Positions 18,305 to 25,863 of a stretch of 56,538 nt of DNA are shown here, in pieces; the first letter of the stretch is position 1, and the number at the start of each line of letters is the position of its first letter. Both the position numbers and the translations under genes were made by a program. Location: the NCBI GenBank assembly GCA_001821615.1, contig MHMS01000006.1:1-56538 (forward strand), read 5' to 3'. Below the pieces are notes generated by a model. That model saw only the letters and a program-made list of their open reading frames with translations, had not been told where the DNA came from and did no database searches. This DNA is from Candidatus Niyogibacteria bacterium RIFCSPLOWO2_12_FULL_41_13. Lineage in GTDB: Bacteria > Patescibacteriota > Minisyncoccia > 2-12-FULL-41-13.

Positions 18305-19066
18305 TTATACGGCCAACCAGCCGCCGTCCACATAAAATGTGGCGCCGGTAACATAACTTGATTCTTCCGAAGCTAAAAAAACTACCATACTAGAAACTTC
18401 TTCGGGTCTGCCGATTCTTTTTAGCGGGACGCGCTGGAGCATTGCGTCCATCGCTTGTTTTGGAATTTGCGCCGCTTGCACCATAGGCGTATCAATCGCG
18501 CCCGGCGCTATAACATTCACATTAATTCCGAGAGGAGCCCACTCAATCGCGAGAGTTTCCGACATGCCTATAATTCCGCCCTTTGACGCGGTGTAGTGCG
18601 CTCCGCCGGTGATTCCCACGCCAACTTGCCCGGAAGCAACCGATGAAATATTGATAATCCTCCCCCATTTGTTTTTTGCCATTTCTTTCGCGGCTCGTTG
18701 CGCGCAAAGAAATTGTCCTTTCAGATTAATATCAATCATTTTATCCCACTCTTCTTCGGTAAGTTCCAGCGCCGGTTTTGAAAAATAAATTCCCGCGTTA
18801 TTCACTAAAACATCCAGACGGCCAAACTGTTTTATAACTTCGTCAAAAACCTGATTCACTTCAGCTTTGTTTGAAACATCCATCTTGAAACAGGCCGCTT
18901 CCCCGCCTTTTGATTTTATTTCTTCAACAACCGGCGCGCATTCGTTCGCGTCAATGTCCGTCACAACAACTTTCGCGCCTTGGCTCGCCAAAGCCAATGC
19001 GTGAGTTCTTCCCATTCCTCGCCTGCCGCCAGTAATCAAAGCTATCTTATTTTTGAGTTCAAACAT
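18305..19066 (-). CDS. SDR-family oxidoreductase (FabG-like)
   Basis: TGGRRGMG Rossmann motif, NNAG, YTASK catalytic motif. Confidence 0.88.
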   Translation of the reverse strand: MFELKNKIALITGGRRGMGRTHALALASQGAKVVVTDIDANECAPVVEEIKSKGGEAACFKMDVSNKAEVNQVFDEVIKQFGRLDVLVNNAGIYFSKPALELTEEEWDKMIDINLKGQFLCAQRAAKEMAKNKWGRIINISSVASGQVGVGITGGAHYTASKGGIIGMSETLAIEWAPLGINVNVIAPGAIDTPMVQAAQIPKQAMDAMLQRVPLKRIGRPEEVSSMVVFLASEESSYVTGATFYVDGGWLAV

Positions 19067-19129
19067 ATTTTTATTATATCGCTTTTACGCGTTTTAAAAA
19101 AGTTTATTTATCCCCATATTTAGAAAAGC

Positions 19130-19584
19130 CGCTAGAGGCGGATCCGCCTTCGGCGGAAAAGCTTTGGCGAACAAATCGGCTGACAAGAATCCGACTTCTT
19201 CGGAAAACCTATCCCGTAGACAGACCTCGCTCTTTCCGCAGAAATGGCGGGGTTCTTCGGGGTCGGAAGTTCGTATCTAGTTTATTGGCTCCGAACGCTG
19301 AACGAAATCCGAACCTTTTTCCGCGAAAATCCTGACACTGATTTCTAACGCTCCGCCCCGCCGCCGCTCGCTAACGCTCGCCAGCCAGCAAAAAAGTTTT
19401 CTTCGCTTTTCCTGATTTGCGCGCGCCGGATTTTTTCTTCTGCAAAGGAAAAGAATGTTTTGCTTGGCTCTGCCCCTAACGAAGCAGGCGGCGGGGCTGG
19501 CCTCTTTTGTACTTGCTCGGACGGCTCGGCATTTCCTCCCCCCAACCCCCTCCTGCCGAGCCGTCCTTGCGTGGGCTGGCGGGA
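19130..19584. repeat. GC-rich mosaic repeat region R1
   Basis: Contains the 16-mer AGTTCGTATCTAGTTT (19268-19283). Also contains an inverted copy of a hairpin module with a 12-bp stem, GACGGCTCGGCA (19520-19531) / TGCCGAGCCGTC (19554-19565). Confidence 0.7.
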
Positions 19585-20874
19585 TTATTGAATTTTAACA
19601 GTTCCTTTCACTGGACGTCTAGTAATATCAGGTGAAACTCCGGCTTTTAATGCGGTTATAACGCCAGCGGCTTCCAGGTAATTATCCACGAAAAATACTT
19701 TATCATTTTTGAATGGAAGTTTTCGTAAGTCATTCTGCATCAGATTTTTATTTCCCCTTACAACAATCAGCGGAATATTGTTTTCTAAACATGCAAGCGT
19801 AGGCAAGCCAATACAACCATCGGGAATAACAACACAAGATACGTCCTCAAGGGTTATGCCATGATTTGACCCAACAATTCGAGGTGAACGGAACAACCCT
19901 TTTAGTACGCTATGCAAGTAGGTTGTGGAAGCAGATTCCGGTGCTTTTCTGGGGTCGACAACGCCTAACTCCAATTCCATAATTTCGCTTGAAGTCATCA
20001 TCGGAGAGTGAGCGCAGGGAATCTTGTATATTTCCGCAATACTATGAGTTAGCATCGCTTCTATGCCACCCCACGGGTTTATCATTTCGTCGGTTGAGAA
20101 ATACTTTTTGTGGTAGTCATCAGGCACTTTTATAAAAGTTGATAAACCGATAGCATCATAATTGTCTTTGAATTTCTCAATTACCGAAAAAAGATTTTCT
20201 AAACCACTTACTTCACCAATAGCTCGTCCAGATTGCGCATACTTTGAGATGCTTGTTATCAGATTCTCCATTTCATATACGTCGCAATCCATACCTAAGG
20301 TAATCCTGGCCGCCGATACCGCATTTATTATTTCTTCGTTGAAGAAACTTTCTGGGTGTTTATCCATCAGCATTAACACCCGGTTTGATCTGACCTTCTG
20401 CAACCCTATCTGACCAAGCAGTAACTTTGATAAAACGCTCCCTTCAACATACTGTGTGTTGTCTAGCATTTCGTTGATGTCCGCCGCATTAACTACATTT
20501 GGATGCGTTATGAGAATGTCGCTTGCCGCACCGATAAGCCGGGCAACTGAATTTCCATCGCCACAATGGCCTCCAATTTCTGCCCCGATACCCGTCGGGA
20601 TGAGAAGGACTGTGGTAAATTTATTGGTGTTTTCGTATTCCCGCTTCCTAAAATCAAAAACATTTCCTGCTAACGCAGTATATTTTTCCCCGGAAACGAT
20701 TGCGTCAATTTCACAATAATATCCTTGCTCATCAGATTTTGGGACGACAAATCTTACTATCCGATGAGGAATCTCTTTAGACAGAGTAGTCGCGTAATAA
20801 TGTTTCAAACTGGACAAATTTACTAAATCCAGTTTTTCTTTTGGGATGAATTGCTCAAAAGTTATTATTTTCAT
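19585..20874 (-). CDS. conserved uncharacterised protein (PTGIGAEIGGHCGDGN motif; possibly DUF3326-like)
   Basis: 429-aa ORF. LLIPTGIGAEIGGHCGDGNSVARLIGAASDILITHPNVVNAAD is reminiscent, from memory only, of DUF3326 proteins. ATGA overlap with the upstream gene. Confidence 0.5.
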   Translation of the reverse strand: MKIITFEQFIPKEKLDLVNLSSLKHYYATTLSKEIPHRIVRFVVPKSDEQGYYCEIDAIVSGEKYTALAGNVFDFRKREYENTNKFTTVLLIPTGIGAEIGGHCGDGNSVARLIGAASDILITHPNVVNAADINEMLDNTQYVEGSVLSKLLLGQIGLQKVRSNRVLMLMDKHPESFFNEEIINAVSAARITLGMDCDVYEMENLITSISKYAQSGRAIGEVSGLENLFSVIEKFKDNYDAIGLSTFIKVPDDYHKKYFSTDEMINPWGGIEAMLTHSIAEIYKIPCAHSPMMTSSEIMELELGVVDPRKAPESASTTYLHSVLKGLFRSPRIVGSNHGITLEDVSCVVIPDGCIGLPTLACLENNIPLIVVRGNKNLMQNDLRKLPFKNDKVFFVDNYLEAAGVITALKAGVSPDITRRPVKGTVKIQ

Positions 20875-21266
20875 TTTCTATTGACTACTATTTTGCTTGC
20901 TATCCTACCCTCGAAGAATTTACGAGAAAATTCTGCTGCTTCGTTGGCGTTAAAATCCTTACAGGAAAATATATTCAGGTAGACACTTTTCAAAATATCT
21001 AGTGTATGAATAGTGATGTTGCTTGTCATAATGAATTGTACCGCAGACGTGCCTTTAAGATGGGGCTCTGTCTGGCGTTCTTTAACTGGAAGACTATAAT
21101 CGTCCCACCAGTACAATTCCGCGCGTTGCATATCAATCAAGTTGCATAGTTTGATAAAGAATTTTTTAATAGTTCTTCTTTTGAATTTTTGCTGATTACA
21201 CTCATGCAAATCTAAAATAAGCTCTTTGCCGTAATACTTTTCCATCTTTGATGAGGGGGTTTTCAT
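20871..21266 (-). CDS. S-adenosylmethionine decarboxylase (SpeH/SpeD pyruvoyl fold)-like protein
   Basis: 131 aa. YGKELILDLHEC... and IMTSNITIHT...NIFSCKDF align to the SpeD pattern G.H...D...C / ISESHLTIHTWPE...DLFTCG. The processing ES is replaced by TS. Confidence 0.55.
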   Translation of the reverse strand: MKTPSSKMEKYYGKELILDLHECNQQKFKRRTIKKFFIKLCNLIDMQRAELYWWDDYSLPVKERQTEPHLKGTSAVQFIMTSNITIHTLDILKSVYLNIFSCKDFNANEAAEFSRKFFEGRIASKIVVNRK

Positions 21267-21272
21267 AACGAT

Positions 21273-21770
21273 TTATTTACAATCGATGTTCTTTTCGTAT
21301 ACAAGCGCATCACCCAAAAATATAAGATTCGGCCACCACTTTTCACCTTTCCCATCAACATCATTGATATAACTTCTCAATTCCTCATTTGAGAATGCTT
21401 TTTGGATGTAATAAGCAAAATTCACCCTGAATGTCTCGCAATCTATCAACTTTCTCTTGTATAGATTTCCGAGCGTTTCGAACGTCCCTAAATATCTATC
21501 AATTTCTCCCACACTAAACGGCCCTTCGGGCTGAAAAACTTTTTTAGTTTTATCTTCCGTATCGAGAGCATCCGAGATATTCAAATAAGGGCTATCGTCA
21601 AGATATTCACCAAATTTTAATGCAATGTCTGCAGATGTTCTTGATCGATAATCTCCGACCTGAATAAACGCGAAAACAACGCCAACAATAATCGCGATAT
21701 TCGCTATTTGTTGCAGAGAATGTTTCAAAATTTTGAAAGCATCCCTACGTTTTTCTTCCAATGTATTCAT
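21273..21770 (-). CDS. single-TM hypothetical protein (DUF4760-like?)
   Basis: 165 aa with an N-terminal TM (IANIAIIVGVVFAFIQV) and a soluble C-terminal domain. The family assignment is tentative. Confidence 0.4.
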   Translation of the reverse strand: MNTLEEKRRDAFKILKHSLQQIANIAIIVGVVFAFIQVGDYRSRTSADIALKFGEYLDDSPYLNISDALDTEDKTKKVFQPEGPFSVGEIDRYLGTFETLGNLYKRKLIDCETFRVNFAYYIQKAFSNEELRSYINDVDGKGEKWWPNLIFLGDALVYEKNIDCK

Positions 21771-21779
21771 AATAGTAAT

Positions 21780-22619
21780 TTACAATTTTCCCTCCTCTAG
21801 CTTTTCTGGAGGCGGCTCAATTCCGAGAAATTCCCGATAGATTCGATTTTTATATTCCGTCCCGATTTCATTTACCGCCTCTATAAATGCTTTGTATGTT
21901 CCAAGTCCACCAATCTTTTCCCAAAATTCGTCTCCGATTAAAACCACTTCGTCATTTTTCATATCAAACCACCGAGCTGAGAAAGCCCATGAGTAATTTT
22001 CCCGTTTTCCAAAAGGATTATATGGAAGCGCATAAAAAGCATCATCAACTTGTAGTGGCTCCATACAATAGAGTTTGAGCATTTTCTCTTTACTTACTTT
22101 CGTTTGATCGCTATTCGGCAATGGTGCTTTCAACTCAAAAGCATATTTCTTTTTATTTTTCCTATCCTCTGCATATACATCAGAAATAACCGTAACAGGA
22201 ATAAATTTTGTATTCTTACCTTCTAAAATGTATTCCAGTTCTTTGTCCCAATCTGGCTTAATCCGTTTCTTGTCCTTTACTCCATGTTCGAGATTATTCA
22301 GCACTTCTTGAATCCTGCGCAACCTTTCCGCATTTACTTTGCCTGTTATCGTGCGTCCCTTTTCTCCATATCCAAGACCCTTGTTTGCCGCCACTATTGC
22401 GAGTTTTTCCCAAACGCCGCCAAATGGTGTAACAAAGCGACGCTCAAAATGAGAGCCCTTAAATATCTCATCTGGCACTAAAGCGGCGTAAAGCGGCTTC
22501 TTGGCTCTATGCTCTTCTTTCATAAAAGGTTCTTCAACCAAAACTTTATTCATGACCCTATCCATCATCATTTTGATGACAGATTGGATTGCTTTTTTCA
22601 TTTCTTGTTTCTCGGTCAT
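21780..22619 (-). CDS. type II restriction endonuclease (TdeIII-like, PD-(D/E)XK)
   Basis: ORF adjacent to the methyltransferase. D...FELK catalytic-like motif (ISDVYAED...YAFELKAP). The ATG at 22617-22619 forms an ATGA overlap with the MTase stop. The track start at 22631 is a TTG. Confidence 0.6.
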   Translation of the reverse strand: MTEKQEMKKAIQSVIKMMMDRVMNKVLVEEPFMKEEHRAKKPLYAALVPDEIFKGSHFERRFVTPFGGVWEKLAIVAANKGLGYGEKGRTITGKVNAERLRRIQEVLNNLEHGVKDKKRIKPDWDKELEYILEGKNTKFIPVTVISDVYAEDRKNKKKYAFELKAPLPNSDQTKVSKEKMLKLYCMEPLQVDDAFYALPYNPFGKRENYSWAFSARWFDMKNDEVVLIGDEFWEKIGGLGTYKAFIEAVNEIGTEYKNRIYREFLGIEPPPEKLEEGKL

Positions 22620-23809
22620 ATTTTTTGCCAAATTAAAATACTTTCATAAAATGCACCTTCACGTCGTCCGGTTCGGCGGTTCACATGACGCTCAACCCTG
22701 CCAATTTCCTTAAAACCAGCGACTTCGGGCTTGTATAGCTTGTATTTATCATTTACCACAATGAGCGCGAGCGCATTTTTCGCCATATAATCTCGCGTGT
22801 GTAGCAAAACATCGTTTATCCCCTTGATGTAATCGCTCTTTGCTTGCTGTGATTGTCCATTCTTTGCTGGACCAATTTCTCGTATCTCATTGTTCTTTAG
22901 CCCCAATAATTCATAGGCATATTTATGCTGTTCGTGGTAATCAATTAACCCAATGTATGGGGGGGAGGTAAAAACCATATCAATACCTTTCGGCAATTCA
23001 ACTTCGCGAGAATCCCCGTGATTTACCACAACTTTAGCTTTTGTTTTTATCTTTGAAAATTCCTTTATGCGATCTAATGTATCAATCGTGTAACGCGATA
23101 AGAATTTATATGCTTCCTCCACCGGCTGACATGTTCGTTGGTGCTTATAACATTGATACGGTTTTGTCTGCGGCTCTTTAGGAAAATCCAAATCGTAATG
23201 CGTAACGAGCCGAGCCGAACGCGCCGAACGAGATAATATAGTTTTTAGTAAATCTTGATAAGTATAATCCTTAATGAGTCGCGAATAACATAAAAGTTCT
23301 TTTTGCGTGTTTGGCGCAAACCATTTTTGTATATATTCATTTTTTGTCGAGAAAAGCCTATTCACTTTTTCATCTTTCGAAAATTTGCTTTTGTAGGTAT
23401 CAAGACGCTTCAAAGTACCGTAAATTTCTTTTTCAAGAAGCGGAATGTCATAATCGGCAGTTTTGACTTTTGAAAGTAAGGCATTAAAAGCAGAAATGTC
23501 CGTGCCGACTGAATCTATACCGAGAGCGTTTGCCTCAACCAAAGTTGTTCCGCTTCCCGCGAACGGATCATAAACAAGGGTTGGTTTATATTTCCGCAAA
23601 AATATCTCTACAAGTTGCGGAATAAATTTGCCGAGGTAGGGATGTAAGCGGTGAACGTGTTTTGTCCGTTGATATTCCGGCAAATCGCGCTCGCGCCAAT
23701 TCAAATTCAAAGCGTCAAGCGGCGTTTCCGGTTTTACACTTGCAAAATCGGTCAGTGGTTGCTGTTTATATTGCCGAGCTATTTTTTGTGCGATTGTATT
23801 GTCGTACAT
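22616..23809 (-). CDS. DNA methyltransferase (N6-A or N4-C, SPPY type)
   Basis: Motif I VYDPFAGSGTT and motif IV FTSPPY about 190 aa later. The start is uncertain: ATG at 23809, 7 nt after the wHTH stop, with the ORF open to 23881. Confidence 0.85.
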   Translation of the reverse strand: MYDNTIAQKIARQYKQQPLTDFASVKPETPLDALNLNWRERDLPEYQRTKHVHRLHPYLGKFIPQLVEIFLRKYKPTLVYDPFAGSGTTLVEANALGIDSVGTDISAFNALLSKVKTADYDIPLLEKEIYGTLKRLDTYKSKFSKDEKVNRLFSTKNEYIQKWFAPNTQKELLCYSRLIKDYTYQDLLKTILSRSARSARLVTHYDLDFPKEPQTKPYQCYKHQRTCQPVEEAYKFLSRYTIDTLDRIKEFSKIKTKAKVVVNHGDSREVELPKGIDMVFTSPPYIGLIDYHEQHKYAYELLGLKNNEIREIGPAKNGQSQQAKSDYIKGINDVLLHTRDYMAKNALALIVVNDKYKLYKPEVAGFKEIGRVERHVNRRTGRREGAFYESILIWQKI

Positions 23810-23816
23810 GGATTTA

Positions 23817-24113
23817 TTACTTGGTAAGTTCATTGAGTGCCTGCTCGACACCTTCGAGATTGACCATTGAGTAGTAGGCACGACGACCAGCGCGGGAAGT
23901 GCCTTCTTTTCTCAAAATGCCGAAGCTGACGAGCAAGCGTAGATTTGAAAACCTAAGCCCTTTTTTCTGCACACGCTTAAATACCCACGTCCCGGCAAAA
24001 TCGCCCTTAATCTCTTTCGAGAGATTCAAGCACTCTTGCACTATGGGTAGCCAGTCTGGTCGTTCAACGGCAAGCCGCTTGACGGCCTTGTATCCAGAAA
24101 TTTCCTCGGTCAT
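23817..24113 (-). CDS. small winged-helix DNA-binding protein (putative controller of the operon)
   Basis: 98 aa from the ATG at 24113 (MTEEISGYKAVKRLAVERPDW...). The longer track ORF to 24287 runs into the GC-rich repeat and is discounted. Confidence 0.55.
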   Translation of the reverse strand: MTEEISGYKAVKRLAVERPDWLPIVQECLNLSKEIKGDFAGTWVFKRVQKKGLRFSNLRLLVSFGILRKEGTSRAGRRAYYSMVNLEGVEQALNELTK

Positions 24114-24119
24114 GCTATA

Positions 24120-24149
24120 ATCATAATGTATCAATGTGATACAAGTCAA
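24120..24149 (-). promoter_or_regulatory. promoter with embedded palindromic operator
   Basis: Minus strand reads TTGACT-tgtatcacattgatacat-TATGAT-tatagc-ATG. The 17-bp palindrome TGTATCA-nnn-TGATACA (24127-24143) fills the spacer. Confidence 0.55.
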
Positions 24150-24155
24150 TAAACC

Positions 24156-24520
24156 GCCCCGCAAAAAATCCGCCAGCCCACGCGAAGACGGCTCGGCAGG
24201 AGGGGGTTTGGGGGACGCCCCGAAGCAGAACAAGTTCGCTACGGGGTAAAAATGCCGAGCCGTCCGAGCGAACCCTCTTATCTTCAAAATCCGAGTTCGT
24301 ATCTAGTTTTGTGACTCTGTATTCTTAAGATAGTTCGAACGCATTTCGCCGCCTGCGGCGGCGAGGAAGTCCCGCCCGCAAGTGCGGCTCTGCCGCGCCG
24401 ACCTGTCCGCCGAAGTTTTAACGAAGGCGGATGACAATTTTCCGCCTACGTTTTCCGAGCTACGGCGGACAAGCAAGTTTTTCTTTGGCGGCAAATTCTT
24501 TGTTCTTTCAAATTCAAAAA
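24156..24520. repeat. GC-rich mosaic repeat region R2
   Basis: Direct-orientation hairpin module (stem 24187-24198 / 24253-24264), the 16-mer AGTTCGTATCTAGTTT (24294-24309), and a module shared with 30350-30472. Confidence 0.7.
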
Positions 24521-24521
24521 T

Positions 24522-24558
24522 AAAAAAGGGCCGAGGAGTGAAACTCCAAGGCCTCGGT
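24522..24558 (-). terminator. rho-independent terminator of the GC-rich gene
   Basis: Minus strand reads CCGAGGCCTTGGAGTTTCACTCCTCGGCCC followed by TTTTTTATTTTT. Confidence 0.7.
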
Positions 24559-24563
24559 GCGGA

Positions 24564-25196
24564 TCATGCTTCCTTCGGAATCAGCGAGAACGCGAGTTCC
24601 TCGACTTCAACCATCTGAGCGAGGTTGAGAGCTTGGTTGTAGAGCGACTTGCGGTGTTCCGCAAAGCCCTTGATGACCTTACCAAGCTCTTTCCACATCC
24701 GCTGGGGTTTCTCCTTGGTCTTTGTAGCGATAGCGGGTAGGTCGGTCTCGACAATCTCGACAGTTCTTGCTCTCTCGTAGCCGCGATCCTTGTAACCATT
24801 CTCACCCACGAAACCGATGGTCACGAGAACCCACAGGCCGGAACGCGTGAGTCCCCATACTCGCATTGTTCCGTCTGGACAGTTCACACCGCCAGGAGGT
24901 GGACGATGACCGCTGTTGGGGATTCGCTCCACGGCTGACCACGGCTGTATCCGGAAGATTCCCTGCGTCTTGAGCGAGAACCGCTCGTCTCCGATGGTGG
25001 TTGCGATGTCCAACCGAAGCATGTGTGTGAAGCTGGTTTCACTCCGCATGCATTCGAGCGTGCCGAGTTCGGGAAGCGTGAATGAATCAAGGTGCGGTTT
25101 GATGAGCTCGCGACGGGCCTCGATTAGGCCAAACCACTCCTCATCGATGAGCTGATTCTTACGAACGAACACTTCTAATCCTTTGGTTGAGGGCAT
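24564..25196 (-). CDS. hypothetical protein, compositionally foreign (GC-rich)
   Basis: 211 aa from the ATG at 25196, preceded by GGAGGAGGG. GC content is visibly far above the surroundings. It has its own terminator. No recognisable domain. Confidence 0.6.
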   Translation of the reverse strand: MPSTKGLEVFVRKNQLIDEEWFGLIEARRELIKPHLDSFTLPELGTLECMRSETSFTHMLRLDIATTIGDERFSLKTQGIFRIQPWSAVERIPNSGHRPPPGGVNCPDGTMRVWGLTRSGLWVLVTIGFVGENGYKDRGYERARTVEIVETDLPAIATKTKEKPQRMWKELGKVIKGFAEHRKSLYNQALNLAQMVEVEELAFSLIPKEA

Positions 25197-25458
25197 ACCC
25201 TCCTCCTTTCTGGTTTTGAGAGGCGTACCTCTCGCCAAAAGTATCTTCGCACACGTCTAGTTATTAGTCAATCAAAAACAGAAATTTTTTCAAGTTTCCG
25301 TTTCCAAAATCATTATGCAAAATTTTTCTTTTCCCAAAATGGAAAACCGCCAATTCAAATTTTCGCCCAGAAAACCTTACGATTTGGTCGCCGAGTCCGC
25401 CAAAAGGGCGGATAAACTCCGCGAGGCGACTTCCAAAACCTTGCAATTTTCTAACTGA

Positions 25459-25757
25459 CTCCGCGGGTAGGATTCGAACCTACGACCAAGTGCTTACAAC
25501 TTTCTCATTATTACTAACGAGGTTGGACTATATCTTTACCATACCAAATTTTTAATTCGGATTAGGTATCTCGGTATCTAGTCTCTACGGCGCCCGAGCA
25601 CATAAAGCATTATGTGCTCGGTTCCCACGGTATTACCGAGCACATAACAAGTTTATGTGCTCGGCTTCACCGTTATCCCAAGATGTTCATTCCAAAGTTT
25701 CCTTTGGAAGCTGCAAGTTTTTTACAGGCACCTGCGCTACCGCTGCGCTACCGCGGA
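25459..25757 (-). tRNA. tRNA-Asn(GUU) interrupted by a group I intron in the anticodon loop
   Basis: 5' exon 25724-25757 (TCCGCGGTAGCGCAGCGGTAGCGCAGGTGCCTGT) and 3' exon 25459-25496 (TAAGCACTTGGTCGTAGGTTCGAATCCTACCCGCGGAG). The spliced product is a cloverleaf with U1-A72, G73 and anticodon loop CUGUUAA. Confidence 0.8.
25497..25723 (-). ncRNA. group I (IC3-like) intron, 227 nt, no ORF
   Basis: The 5' exon ends in U, paired as U.G in P1 (CUGU/GCAG). The intron ends in G. The core GUAGAGACUAGA is identical to the Azoarcus/Anabaena tRNA intron core as recalled from memory. There is a P9-like hairpin CUCGUUA-GUAA-UAAUGAG. Confidence 0.75.
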
Positions 25758-25863
25758 ATATTTTCCTATATTCAACTTAAATCAAATTTAATTTTTGGTC
25801 AAGTTTTTAAATTGACTTTTGAATTTTGACTTGTAATTTTGCCTTTTGCCTTTTGATTTTTTA

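Noticed and set aside
19345-19545. ORFs of 60-75 aa inside the GC-rich patches: 19345..19545, 24303..24494, 31167..31388, 32614..32814.
   Set aside because: Their products are low-complexity Ala/Arg/Gly/Ser/Pro strings. They have no RBS and overlap repeat modules and hairpins. Open frames are expected by chance in GC-rich DNA. They are treated as non-coding repeat sequence.
19130-24520. Integron-like reading of the GC-rich patches as attC sites following cassettes.
   Set aside because: There is no intI gene in the window. The patches are much longer than attC sites. I could not find RYYYAAC / GTTRRRY core sites at their borders.
25264-25446. 60-aa minus-strand ORF and a 47-aa plus-strand ORF between the GC-rich gene and tRNA-Asn.
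   Set aside because: No RBS, no recognisable domain, and the frames are mutually overlapping. This may be a remnant of an integration module, but it cannot be supported.
25459-25757. Alternative identities for the split tRNA: Tyr (GUA), Thr (UGU or GGU).
   Set aside because: Those junctions violate the group I rule (5' exon ending in U, intron ending in G) or give a wrong loop size. A short variable arm is incompatible with bacterial tRNA-Tyr. U1-A72 with G73 fits Asn.
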